Positions 51,501 through 63,240 of a stretch of DNA of 64,000 bases are shown here, one piece after another; position 1 is the first letter of the stretch; each line of letters starts with the position of its first letter. The stretch spans positions 12,781,045-12,845,044 of the forward strand of contig NC_092680.1 in assembly GCF_964355755.1 (NCBI RefSeq), in the 5' to 3' direction. The notes under the pieces are model-generated. The model searched no databases and was not told where the DNA came from. It saw only the letters and a list, made by a program, of their open reading frames with translations. Both the position numbers and the translations under genes were made by a program. The stretch is from Antedon mediterranea. Taxonomy: Eukaryota; Animalia; Echinodermata.

Positions 51501-54500
51501 AAGGGGAGACCATAAGGAATCTAAATATACTAATTGTGTGTGTTTTATGTTAATTTTAAGTTGAATAAAACTTTGACATATATTTTGACCTTGAAATTGA
51601 CCCCGTGGAACACGCCTGATTTGTTGGTGACTATCACGAAAAATGTAGCCCTACGTGTCAACTACAACATATAAAAAAATTGGAGGGTTTTTTTTCTTTG
51701 TTTCCATGAAATTACAATTTGAAGTTGACATACCTCTTCCTTTTAGTGTATTTTTGGTGTCTGTCCATGCAATTTGATGTATTCCAAAAATAATTTTATT
51801 TACAAACTAAATATTATTATAATGTTACAATTGTCTATGTCTGGCCTTTACTCCTTGTCATCTGGCCAATTCAAACAGTATTTAGAAATGTTGTGGCGAA
51901 CATTTTGGGAAATATTGTAATTCCTAGTCGAAGAGGATTTATAAACGGAGAGGCTATAAATAATACAATGTACATTTGATTCAGGAATCCAACAACAGTC
52001 TTCTTTGGACGGCCAATAAAAGGTTTTCGCTGGACCATGAGGATGCATAAATTTAATTTGATAATCCCCAAACTCTTCTGAGACATCCACAACCAAAACA
52101 ATCCATGGGACACCATCATAACTACAGCACACAAAATTCTGAAGTCTAATAATGATGGGTTGTGTATCAGCAACAATTTCATTTTCATCACTGAAAGATT
52201 CTTGAATCACTACCACATCCGGAGGGTTTATCTGGGTACTAAGTTTGTAGACCTACATCTGTGCCAGAGAAATGGGAACAATGATATTGTAATGTACCCT
52301 TGATGGTCTGGGCGAGGTTGAATCTCGGCTTTATTTCTTTTTCCACAGTAGATACCTCATCTATTCCCACATGAAAAAAGTTGATGCCTGGAATGTCCAT
52401 ATGAGCGAGTCATATGGGCGCCGTTTACTGTACCTAAAGAGCCAACAACATCGGCAAGGGTTCGAGGCCGACTCGCTCCTAGTTCTGGTGGTGGAACAAG
52501 TCTTCTCGGATAAGGACTATAAACTGTAGGTCCAGTGTACACAGTTATAACCTGTGTGTACTTTAAAGAATCCAGTTCATTATTCGAAAAAGAGTAGGGG
52601 GTTACCCCGGTGAACTGGTTCACACAATAGCCCCTGTATCAGGGGGATTACCACCTATCTGATAGGACAGTGATTAATTAACTATTGGTAATCCTTGGCC
52701 ACATTGCCTAAAGACATAAAATAAAAAATTACACAGTAGTCGAACATACTAAGAGATGTGAGAATATGACATTCAGTCAAACGCTGTAAGCTTCTCTTAG
52801 TGACAAGCCTCTTAACTGTTCCACCTATGCCATCACAATCACATGCACTCTTGCCATGTGATGTAGCGAAAAAATTCCACTCGGCGTCTAAACCAAAATC
52901 TTCCTGGTGGTGGCAAAGATTAATAAAGTTATATTTGTTTTTGTATTGGCCGCCACATCCATCTGTGAAATAATGAACTTTTTTCATGGTTGGTAGTTTT
53001 GTTTTTAAATAGGGGATGACAACCTTTAAAAAGGCATATACAGTAACTGTTGTATGTTCTCTGCAATCACTTATTATGCATATGTTAATGTGCATAATAA
53101 CATAGTAAGGACACTAAACTATGTGTCAAAATTGATTTGAAAAGTATGTGAGTTACCCAGTATTTCTCATATCAAAATATATCTACTGTTTAAGTGGGCC
53201 TGATGAGAAAGCGTAACAATAAAGACACCTTAACAGTTAGTGTTCACACTGTGTATAAGTATAACAACACCAAAAATACACTAAAAGGAAGAGGTATGTC
53301 AACTTCAAATTGTAATTTTATGGAAACAAAGAAAAAAACCCCTCCAATTTTTTTATATGTTGTAGTTGACAGGTAGGGCTACATTTTTCGTGATAGTCAC
53401 CAACAAATCGGGCGTGTTCCACAGGGTCAATTTCAAGGTCAAAATATATGTCAAAGTTTTATTCAACTTAAAATTAACATAAAACACACACAATTAGTAT
53501 ATTTAGGTTCCTTATGGTCTCCCCTTTACAAAAATACCTTTGTTTTTAAAATCGAACCTATAGTTCCCGAGATACAGCTCTTTGAAACGTGGCGACCGCG
53601 CCCTTTAATTGAAATTGCGATATCTCGAAAACCGTTGGTCCGATAAAGTTAAAATTGGAAATTTTGGCTTTAATTGCTATGAATCACCCATATACCAAAT
53701 TTCATCAAAATTGGAAGAGGTAGGGTTTAAAATTCCATTTTTTTTGGGTGAACTGAGATGGAATGACCCACACCCCGTCTATAACACAACATGAACGATG
53801 TGTACAGTTTTTGATTGAAGGTCGACTCGACCTACCGGAATGGTATAGACAATATAGCTCGAATGAGAGAGTTGGAATATTTTTAAACATAAGTATTGCT
53901 AATTTTAACAAGTGTAGCCTATAGTAAAAGGCCTGGTAGTATCAATTCGCATAGGGTCTACTACACTAGCTAGCTCAATTTTTAACTGGGCCGGATCGGC
54001 TAGGTCTCCTTCCTACTACCTGGTCTACTTGCTGCAGTATCCGCTTTTTTGGAGCGTAAACTAGGCCTATTTTATTTGGCCTACTTAGACGATCGGGACA
54101 CCATACGTGCGGACGACGATCGGACCTTGATTTGCCTCAATATTTACAGCCGATTTTGTAGAATGTTTTAGGTTTAGATTGTTTAGGAGTTTGGTTGATA
54201 GGATGGGTTTGGAATCCACTGAGTTTTGTTATTTATGGGCCAATCGTTTAGTAGTAGGCTAGCTAGGCCCATGATGGGCCCCAATGTTTTAACGTAGCCA
54301 TCGTGGCATGGAATCTCATCAGAATGGCTCTCACCCATTAAAAAAAATGATTTAGGCTAGGCCTAGCCTAGTACGTGAAGCTGATAATACGATCTGTACT
54401 ATTCGAGGTATAAAAATAGTATATAATTTATGACTCCGTAATCTGTACTAAATTTTGTATTTCATTAAATGTCAAATAAATATATGCTACTATTGTTATT

Positions 54501-57500
54501 ATTACTCTTTAGGCCTAGCTTAGAAAATCTACAAAATGTATTTCACAATGATCGGGTGGTCGTCGTTTGACAGGGGAGAGAGATGTAAATTAGTTGACAA
54601 ACACAACGTACATGACGTCGCGGTTTTGGAATCCACTGATGACGTGATTTTGTGAATATCTCATGAATATTAATGAGCTTCTCTACTGTTAGCTGCTGAA
54701 AAACAGACTTTCCATGAATTTACCCTAAAATGTATATGAAATTTAATTTTTTTAATTGCTCGTTATTACTTCTTCATTCTGACATGTCTATATTGTTATA
54801 ATATTTTTTATTTAATAAATAAACGATATTTAAAAGCAATTTTAAACCCAGAATCCCCCTTTAAAGGCCAGGTGCGGGCAAAAAATTTCTATTGATCATA
54901 CATTCCAATAATTATCGATCTATAGTTTCCCCTATGTTTCATAAATTTTGGGATTTAATTTGTGTTACACGAGCTTGTTGAAAATAAGCACTTATCAGTG
55001 GGGGGATAGTTCAAATTACACAGTAAAATCTCTATTCTTTTGTACACAAATTTTGTAAATAGAGAGGCATTTTAAAAAGCTATGAAAAATAAACAGTGTG
55101 GAAAAAAAGGTTATCAGATGACTAAATATAGGTAATATAACTTGAATATTACATTTCTGGTATTTTTATTCAACTTCAGATTTTTATTTTCATGCTATAG
55201 CAAAAATTATCCACTGTATATCCACCATCTTTTTTCACCTTCTAGTAGGTATCCCAATGAAAAAATTCAGATTAATTTTTTTACATTTTCTTTCAGTTAA
55301 CCATAAAGAACTTAATGTAATTAGCATTTTGCAATTTAAATGATTGAAATCCGGTTACCCGTTCTAAAGTTATGGTTATTTAAAGTGGTAAAAAAATATA
55401 CGATTTTTTGCCTAAAAATGGTGTTTTTTGCAGTTGAAATTGGAAGCATTTTTAAAAGGTTATAACTTTTACAATAATTAGTTAAAAGTTTTGAATTTTG
55501 TTAAACCTATAGATATCACAGAGTTGTACAACTCTATTTTTTTTGGAGCCTCAACGAAACCTATTTTTTAAATTATTGGTCCGCAATGTGGTAGGAAAGC
55601 ATTTAACGCCCATTTTTGCTGGAATTCCCTAAAAAATGAAAAAACTGCAATTTTTCAATGATCTGTAACTTTTGAACTACTGTACTAATTCATTTAATTT
55701 TTTTTGTACTTGTTAGAATGTAGTGTATATTTCATTAATAAATATATTTTAGATGTGTATATGAAAAAAAAAAATTTTTTTAATGGTGAAATTTAAAATT
55801 ATAAAAAAAAAAATGAAAAAGTATGTTAAAAACGGTGTGTACTGTTTCCTTTCTTTTACACTAATTTTCGGTAAGTATAATTATTAGAATATTTTAATAT
55901 ACTTTATATTTATAATTTCAATCATAAATACTATTATATATACAGTAACTTTTGAATACGTAAAACAAGATTTTAGGCCCATATGATTATGACACCAAAT
56001 CTAAGCCGGGCTGCTAAGTAAGATATGCTCTTTTAAGGCAAACGCACAATATGGGTCAAAATAAACTCATTTAAAATAATCAATGTTAATTAAAACAATT
56101 AATTGTTTACCTGAATAGTATATATAACATTATAAAAATTGTTTTCTTTTCGTATTATTACGTTATTAAATTGAAATACGGAGCTAAAGTTTAGGCCAAG
56201 TCACGGCTTACTCGCGATCAGTAGTCGCTCCCGTTAAAGTATTTCGGTCGCAGTTAATGACTTTCGGCCGCCGTATACAGAGTCAAATGTAACGTTGGTA
56301 AATTAGCTTAATAAATTTCCTCGGTACATTTTAACCTAACGCATTTGCATTGTATACTTGCATAATAAATCTTCCGCACATTACATCAATTTTAAGTTGT
56401 TAAATTAATGTGTAAAACCAGATATTCTACGACGGAAAAGGACATGTTAATCTCCGACATCGCTGCTGTCACACATCTCGCGTCGAGCCGGTCGAACTCG
56501 AGCGAGGAAAACTAAACAACGTGTTCAAAATATGGAACGTACCATTCGCTGATAGGGTGCATTAATGTATTTAACGGAAAACGCCACAACAAACACGCGC
56601 GTATTTTAGAGTACAATATTTTACTCACTACAATATTCACCGGATTATAATGGTTGGATCTTTAAAATTTTGAACGGGATTTACGCCTCATGCACCATTT
56701 TAAAATGTAGTTCGCACAATTACCATGCACAATACGTTTGTAAACTATGTTTTATCGATTTCAATGTAGATTTAGCTATAATTTAATACCAAAATCCATA
56801 ATATTTTTCCATAAACGGTGAATCAAAATTGGATTTTTGTCACAAAAATTGACTTTTCGTTACGAAAAACCTATTTAAAGAAGACGATTTTCGTATCAAA
56901 TTAAAGCTTATTTAAAGCCTGATAACATACAACAAAAATTAATCCGCTAGCTCCAATGGTAATCGTGCGATCGTGTTTTGAAAACTGATGGGGATTTTCC
57001 GATGAGGTTTTCAACGCGCGGAAATCGGCTCGACGGGATTTTAGAACCGTTTTAAAATCGCATTTTCTCGGCAACTAATTCATTAATTTTAATTATAAAC
57101 ACACTTATACATAGATTAAAACAAGTACTTTCAAACAATATAAATTTTGTAAGTATTAATTAAGATTGAATACGATTTATTTAACATCAAAGTCATACTA
57201 CTTTTTCGAATTTCGTCAATATTTCAAAAGTGATACCCCTCTGTGCGCTTTCATTGGGATACCTACTTCTAGGGAGTCACCAGACATGTTATTACATTAG
57301 GTTAAATACCTAACTACTGAAAAAAAGTCTTCCTGGTTTTTATGGAAGAATTTTGCCAAATTTTGTATTTGACCATATTAAGGAAAATTCATGTTTTTTC
57401 GTCTTGATTTCTGTTACAAATATTTGATTTATGTACAATTAACCAAATATTATATTTAAAATTCATGCCTGTACCTGAGCTTTAAAACAAATCCACCATT

Positions 57501-58487
57501 TACATTGTCATGAGCCTAAACCGAACTCCCAGAAAACCACCCAAATCTGATACCCATATAAACATGTTTTTTAAACTTTGGTTTGAGAGTTTTCTAATAT
57601 GTACTGTTTTGCTTGTTGTTTATCTGACATTTATAGATTACTGTACTTTAATTTTGTTTACTGTTCTGATGATGAGAATAGTTTCTCGAAACATGTCACA
57701 TTTTAAGGCAGTTTGCCTATTCATTAAATGCCTCGCTATAGTTATTTTAACTCGTAAGTTTGGTGGTATTATTCATAATTTTGTAAGAAATAATAATTAT
57801 TTTGCTTTATTCTTGCAGCTATCTGCACTCTTGTGAGCCTCCAATAACCCACGCAAACCTCACATGTGACGCCATCTTCATTCAGCATAATGGACTTATT
57901 AAATTTGGTTCAGGTATTACAGTACAGAAGATATATCAGATTTTCTTCCTCATTATTCGTATTGTCATGTAGACCTTATTAAATCTTTATTTGTTCGTAT
58001 GGTTTGAAAAATGAAACATAACTAAAAATTCCAATAATTTTAATATGATATATCTTGGAAAATATTATATAATGATTTTATGTGCCAAAAACTTAAATGT
58101 CATCTATGTCAGTTAAAAACAAAGTTTATTTTTTCTTATTTAGTTAAAATATATATTTAAATGAAGCTGAAATTATTAAGAAAATGTAAATGCTTTATTC
58201 TTTATCTTGTGCAGTCTATTTTGTGCCTAGCTTACCTGGATAAACCAACAATAGTCTTTCTCCTCGAAGAGCGAGATATAACTCGAAAAGTAGAAGTTTT
58301 CATTGAATCCCCCTCTTCTCAAATGGTATAGTCCATGAACTATTTTGATATGTAAAGCTATTGTACAACATTGTAGAACTTGTTATTTCATTGTTTGTTA
58401 CAGTCGCTCCATATACAATACAAAAGCATGTGAAGACGTATCGAGAAGAACAAAAAAACATCTACTACATTGCCCCAGAATACGGAG
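36542..58487 (+). CDS. NRBP1: Nuclear receptor-binding protein (NRBP/Madm pseudokinase), 3'-partial; coding exons 36542-36679, 44703-44825, 46018-46119, 49990-50120, 57819-57913, 58404-58487
   Basis: The spliced translation reads ..DSEDESKVLEESPCGRWQKLRVV / VTQRDVPGIDIAYLAMDTEEGREVVWNEVEFSERKNFKSQE / DQIKQVFDNLTQLEHSNIVKFYKYWIDLKTDKPR / VIFITEYITSGSLKQFLKKSKKNRKVIQSKSWKRWCTQILSALS / YLHSCEPPITHANLTCDAIFIQHNGLIKFGS / VAPYTIQKHVKTYREEQKNIYYIAPEYG. This is closely similar to NRBP1/2. All junctions are GT-AG and in phase. I did not find the next exon before position 64000. Confidence 0.95.
36796..41051. mobile_element. Older TIR element with GGACCAGTTTTGGC subrepeats, interrupted by the 36862-40014 foldback
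   Basis: The left end TGTCAC..GGCCAAAATCGGTCCGGCCGGACCAGTTTTGGC and the right end GCCAAAACTGGTCCGCCGGACTGATTTTGG..GTGACA are inverted. The subrepeat continues immediately after the inserted element (40025-40062). Confidence 0.65.
36862..40014. mobile_element. Foldback/MULE-like non-autonomous element with ~1.2-kb imperfect TIRs and a 10-bp TSD
   Basis: Termini GGGTGTGTCGAAAGCGAAGACC.. / ..GGTCTTCGCTTTCGACACACCC. TSD CTAAAGTTGT at 36852-36861 and 40015-40024. Arms ~36862-38110 and ~38840-40014 are inverted. Confidence 0.9.
41252..42618. mobile_element. Small TIR element (GTTGGGG(G)A(T/C)CCC ends) carrying a tRNA-like B-box fragment; host of the 41324-42380 insertion
   Basis: GTTGGGGATCCCTTAT at 41252 versus ATGAGGGGTCCCCCAAC at ~42602-42618. 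GGGATTCGAACCC at ~42423 is a reverse-strand B-box. Confidence 0.5.
41324..42380. mobile_element. TIR element with CACTCCGGCCGC subterminal repeats and an 8-bp TSD
   Basis: Ends ..GATCACTCCGGCCGCGCTTCACTCCGGCCG / CGGCCGGAGTGAAGCGCGGCCGGACTGATC.. The direct repeat AACCTAAA lies at 41316-41323 and 42381-42388. Confidence 0.8.
47676..47840 (+). mobile_element. SINE 3' fragment
   Basis: A TCCACCCAGGTGTATAAATGGGTACC core and a TGTGAAGCAC..AAGCGCTATATAAAT tail; homologous to 50245-50470. Confidence 0.55.
48028..48828. repeat. ~90-bp direct duplication flanking a ~620-bp inserted repeat fragment
   Basis: 48028-48117 and 48740-48828 are identical except for a 1-nt indel. The intervening 48118-48739 segment is compositionally distinct (CpG-containing). 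Confidence 0.8.
50245..50470 (+). mobile_element. Degenerate SINE of the same family
   Basis: A TCCACCTAGGTGTAAATGGGTACC core and a TGTGAAGCGCTT..AAGCGATATATAA tail, with a decayed tRNA-like head. Confidence 0.55.
51848..52216 (-). pseudogene. Probable C-terminal fragment of the same transposon ORF
   Basis: FVCCSYDGVPWIVLVVDVSEEFGDYQIKFMHPHGPAKTFYWPSKEDCCWIP lies within the Sola2-like TIRs and is collinear with the catalytic fragment. An unrelated insert at ~52245-52680 separates the two. Confidence 0.55.
52682..53095 (-). pseudogene. Truncated DDD transposase fragment (Sola2-like)
   Basis: KKVHYFTDGCGGQYKNKYNFINLCHHQEDFGLDAEWNFFATSHGKSACD(CD)GIGGTVKRLV contains the DGC..QYKN and ATSHGK..CDG.GG motifs. 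It has no N-terminus and is interrupted downstream. Confidence 0.8.
54865..57481. mobile_element. Second Kolobok-like non-autonomous element sharing the TTAA at 54861-54864
   Basis: Left end TTAA|AGGCCAGGTGCGGGCAAAAAATTT; right end AAAATTCATGCCTGTACCTGAGCT|TTAA (imperfect TIR). Confidence 0.55.
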
Positions 58488-58984
58488 GTTAGTGACATAA
58501 ATTATTGTTCTATTTTTATGTGATTATCTATCGTTATTTAATGTTGAAAGTTCATTTGTTTTTCTTTGTTTGTTAACTTTTTAATAGAAGTTGACATTTT
58601 CATTGATTTCTATGATCAATTTAACCTTTTTATGGCTTCTTTTATTGATCATTTTATTTCCTGTCCTGATATTGTATTTTATTTATTTTTAACATGGTGT
58701 CATGTTTCAGAAGGTATTGAATGAAAAGGTTTATTGAATGCTGAAAGGTTTTACACAAATTGTAGGAACATTTCATAGGAAGATTATCAATAGAGGATTG
58801 TTTTTGCTGCATATTGCAAAATATGAAAAACGTGTGTGAAAAACTTTTACTACACTGGTAAAACTACTGGTTACTGTGCTGTTTTATATAATGTTTGTAT
58901 TAAAAGTTTATTAACCTCTGTGGATGTGGATTTGACATGTTTTGTGAAAACAAAAGGTTTTCTTGATAAACATTATATTATTAT

Positions 58985-59355
58985 TTATCCCCATTCAGCG
59001 GATAACTCCTTGTAACTGTCCTGTTTCATTTTTTTTTTTTTTTTCTGTATTATAGTTATCCGCATTCAGTGGATAACTCCTTGTAACTCCTGTTTCATCA
59101 TCTTTTTTTTTTTAGTTATCCGCATTCAGCGGATAACTCCTTGTAACTGTCCTGTTTCATCATCTTTTTTTTTTTTTCTGTATTATTAGTTATCCGCATT
59201 CAGCGGATAACTCCTTGTAACTGTCCTGTTTCATCATCTTTTTTTTTAGTTATCCGCATTCAACGGATAACTCCTTTGTAACTGTCCTGTTTCATCATCT
59301 TTTTTTTCTTTTTTTCTGTATTATTGGTTATCCGCAACGAAGTTGCTGATAACCT
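58985..59355 (+). repeat. Tandem array (~5-6 units of ~60-80 bp) of a hairpin GTTATCCGC-ATTCA-GCGGATAAC followed by a poly-T spacer
   Basis: Repeated AGTTATCCGCATTCAGCGGATAACTCCTTGTAACTGTCCTGTTTCATCATCT(n). Confidence 0.9.
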
Positions 59356-61029
59356 CTTGTGATTGTACGAAATCATCATCATCTTTTTATTTATTTTCTT
59401 TCTTTCTGTATGATTTTTGTGGAACGCTTTTCTCTAAAACTTGCAAACATAACATTTTGTTAACTATCTTAACATTTTGATATTTACGTAACGTCGTCAA
59501 GCGAAGCTTTTCATGACGTTTACAATTGCGCAACGTGACTTACGCACGACTTTCTCGTATTTAACATAGGGCAAAAACCAAATAACATTTTAAATTGAAA
59601 CTTTGCAAAAGTTTAATTTATATTGTGCGCTAACTTTCTGTTATAAAAAATTGCGTGTTTTACACATAGTTACGCGCGCACGCGCATTTAAAATTTCAAA
59701 ATGCGCAAAATTAATTTCTAATCAACTTTCTACGCGTTTCAATTCCTACGCGTGCGCAAATTTTTACGTGTGCGGTGCGCATGTAGCATTAAAAACATTA
59801 TTTTTTCGCGTGATTTATGTTTTTCCAGCCTTTTCTAGTAATTTTACCAACTTTTAAACAATTTCGACTTAAAGTTACGTCATACGAGCACGTCGAAGTG
59901 GATAATTTGTGCGCGTTTTTGATGAAAAAGTTCAGAAATTTGTCAAAATTATGCCTTTTTTTAAACAGTCGTAATTTCTAAACTGCATGGTCAACTTTTT
60001 GTGGATGACATTTTCTGGATGATGAGTTGTAGATATCGGATCATGTATTAATATGGCTAACCGGACATTGTGATGTCATCGTATGGCCACGCCAATATAA
60101 AATTTAAGATTTTTATATTTTTTTCATAGCTCATCACATTTAATAGAGCGCATCTCCACTTATCCGTTTTTCATTTTCACCCGATTTTGATATTGTGTAG
60201 GTCAATCAACTATCTTCCGCATGAGTTAAAAATAATTGAATTTTATGACGTCATCATGCCTACTAATTTAAATTACGTGTGGCATCAATTTCATCTGTTA
60301 TAGCTCGTAAGAATAAAATGTAATAATCACGATTAAAACGTTTTCTGGAAGCTATTGGATTGTAGATATGAAATCATGTGAAAATGTTGCCAATCTGATG
60401 ATGTGACGTCATCATATGGCCAGTTAACTAAAATAAGTCGTATTTTCATTTTTTGCGTAATAGTTCATAACATTTAAAAGAGCGCGCATCAATATTTCAC
60501 GTTTTTAAATTTCTTCTACACGTTAATATGTTGTTGCTGAGATAATATCCTTCCGAAATTGCTATCTTTGTATTTCATTTTGATGCCGTTGCCATGTTAA
60601 AATTTGGAATAAATGGCGGCTCCCGTAATTTCGCCTAATCTACACTGTATGTAATATGTAAACAGATTTTACTGTTTATACCGACTGTAATGGAATGGTA
60701 TAGCCCAAATCGTTTATTTCCTACCTATTTCTATAATGTAGCAGGCCAAATAAGACTAAGTTATTTTTACAGGATAGAGGGAAGCAAACAATATTTTTCT
60801 CGTATCAGAGCCATTCATCGTTGTTAGGAGATATGTGATTTCTATTACATTTTACAGTTTGTTTGTCAGTTGCTCGTCCGGCCTGTAGGTCATAATGCCA
60901 ACGTGAACACTTCCTTTTGGCCTCAACCTATCCCCTTAATGTTAAAATGTACGTCGTTAAACGTCCATGTTTCCCCACTTGCGCGGCGGATAACCAAACT
61001 CGTCAAAGTGACGAGTTTCATGTCTAGTT
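59321..61029 (+). mobile_element. Helentron/Helitron-like non-autonomous element
   Basis: The 5' GGTTATCCGC hairpin (~59327) has a subterminal inverted partner GCGGATAACC at 60986-60995. This is followed by a 10-bp-stem hairpin AAACTCGTCA-AAG-TGACGAGTTT (60996-61018) and CTAGTT (61024-61029). Confidence 0.65.
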
Positions 61030-61945
61030 CTTCTTTCTTTCTGTCATTTTTGTGTCACCTGTATCTCAAAAACTTGTAAATATAACATTTTATAACTTTG
61101 TCAACATGTGGGCAATTACGTGAAGTTGTTCACCTCCTATTGTGAATGACGTCAGAAATTCGCAACGTGACTTACGCGAGATTTTATGAATTTCGCGTAT
61201 TTAACATAGGTCAAAAACCAAATAACATTTTAAATTGAAACTTTGCAAAAGTTTAATTTATATCATGCGCTAACTTTTTGTTGAAAAAAAATTGCGTGTT
61301 TTACACAGTTACGCGCGCACGCGCATTTAAAATTTCAAAATGCGCAAAATTAATTTCTAATCAACTTTCTACGCGTTTCATGTCATTTTGAGCATGTCAA
61401 AAATTCCCAGTCGCGCGCAAGTTTTTACGCACGCGGTGCGCACGTAGCGTTGAAAACATATTTTTTTCGCATGATTTATGCTTTTTCAGCCTTTTCTAGT
61501 ACTTTTACCAACTTTTCAACAATTTCGACTTCAAATTACGTCATACGAGCATGTTGAATTGTTCAATTTGTGCGCGTTTATGATGAAAAAGTTCGAAAAA
61601 CATCAAAATTATGGCTTTTTTTAAACAGTCGTAGTTTCTAAACTAAACGGAGAAAGTTATTTTTATTACATATTCTGGAAGATAAGTATTACTGTAGATA
61701 TGGAATCATGCATTGATAAGGCGAATCGATCATTGTGACGTCATCGTATGGCCACGCGAATATAAAATATAGGATTTTTGTATCTTTCATCATAGCTCAT
61801 CACATTTAATAGAGCGCATCTCCAATTATGTGTTTTCCATTTTCACCCTGATTTTTATATTATCTAGGTCAATCAACTATCTTTCGCATGAGTTAAAAAT
61901 ATTTTAATTTTTATGACGTCATCATGTCTAAAAATGAAAATAACG
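61030..61945 (+). repeat. Diverged partial direct copy of ~59395-60265 (same Helentron-like family)
   Basis: Long shared blocks such as CGTATTTAACATAGG..AAAACCAAATAACATTTTAAATTGAAACTTTGCAAAAG and ACGCGCGCACGCGCATTTAAAATTTC. Confidence 0.8.
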
Positions 61946-63071
61946 TGGGTCACTTAGGTAATAAAATTATTTTCCTTTGTATTTTTATATAAATTTATTT
62001 ATAATAAATATACAATATTTGTTATGAGACCCATTTCTGTCAAAATATTGTACCATATAAAATAGCTAAGCACTGTAAGGTATTTAATTGATAGCAGAAA
62101 AATACATTTGATGCTGGAAATAGTTATTGTGAAATACTTGTACATAACATTGTATAATTACACTTCTCACTGCCACTCCATCCTTGTTTTATTATCTAAT
62201 TTGATATTTAATTACAGAAAATGTTATCGTTGCATAGATTAGTTGACAATTAACAGTCATCAAACAGGTAGTTATAATCTAGATCTGGAAAGGTTAAATG
62301 TTATGTGGAAAGGTTAAAGTTTATAATACCAATGCAGTATTGCTTATTGGACGATGATATAGATTGTTTAGTTGAGATAATTACTGTATATTCTAATGTG
62401 AACCTTGTAGTTTTGATTTTGTTATTTTCTGAAATGTAATGTTAATAAATGAGAAAGACATTAGTAGCATTAATGCTTTATTAACAGTGAAATTGGTTAC
62501 TTATGATTGATAGTATTATTCTCTGCCTGCCTATACCATGGAGATATAAATTACTGCACACACACCACTATGTACAATTTGTTACCTTTAATCATTATTG
62601 TACACGTTGTTTGAGGTCTAAATAGTGTTATTGAAATACCGTAATGAGAGATTAAAATACCATGCTCGAATATTATTATCTATCTCCTCCCCCCCCCCCC
62701 CCCCAAAAAAAAAAGAATAATTTTCATCGGATCTTGAACAATTTTATTTCATACTCATAGTCTATATTGGTCAATTATAAGCATATTTCATCATTTCTAT
62801 TCCTAAACTTTGATTTTAAATTAGGAAGGCTTACAAAATGATGAAATGTTGTTATATTTTTTTGTTTATAAGAAACATGGGATAGTCACTGTGGCCTATG
62901 CTGCAACTGTAAGTAAACTTGGTAGTAGTACATGATTCATTAACTTCTGTTTTTGATGATATCTTGTCTTAAAATCTGTTTTAATTTGTGAGGAACACAC
63001 TGGGCAAACAAATTTAACAAAAGATTATCATTTCATATTCGCATTAAACAGATCTTAACATTCCAGCAAAC

Positions 63072-63240
63072 TAAAGCACTGTCTACACTATCAATCTTTG
63101 TGTGACAAAATAATGGGATGTGCCCATATATGGACAAGATGTCATATCACTACTAAAAAAAAGCATATCACTACCATATTTGGGCACATCACACATTTGT
63201 TGTCAAACTACAGTAGTTTGATAGTGTAGACAGAGCCTAA
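63072..63240. mobile_element. Short MITE family (TAAAGCTCTGTCTACACTATCAAAC TIRs); other copies at ~5935-6060, 11260-11318, 11693-11780, 13464-13588, 16524-16684, 48899-49081, 63330-63468
   Basis: Recurrent AAAGCTCTGTCTACACTATCAAAC / GTTTGATAGTGTAGACAGAGCTTTA inverted ends with an internal GCCCAAATATGGTAGTGATATG motif; at least 8 full or partial copies in the window. Confidence 0.85.

Larger units (their letters stand above)
51250..53769 (-). mobile_element. Sola2-like DNA transposon relic with ~500-bp TIRs, nested inside the Kolobok-like element
   Basis: TIRs GGGTCATTCCATCTCAG(A/T)TCACCCA.. (~51250-51770 and ~53270-53769). The 4-bp flanks are ATAC / ACAC. Internal transposase fragments are present. 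Confidence 0.75.
50721..54860. mobile_element. Kolobok-like non-autonomous element (TTAA flanks, AGG termini)
   Basis: TTAA|AGGGGGGTTCCGGGTTTAAAAT at the left end and ATTTTAAACCCAGAATCCCCCT|TTAA at the right end. A TTAA TSD with purine-purine termini is typical of Kolobok. Confidence 0.7.

Noticed and set aside
58985-59355. CRISPR-like array of palindromic repeats
   Set aside because: The spacers are near-identical poly-T-containing sequence, the context is a eukaryotic intron, and there are no cas genes. It is a transposon-derived tandem repeat.
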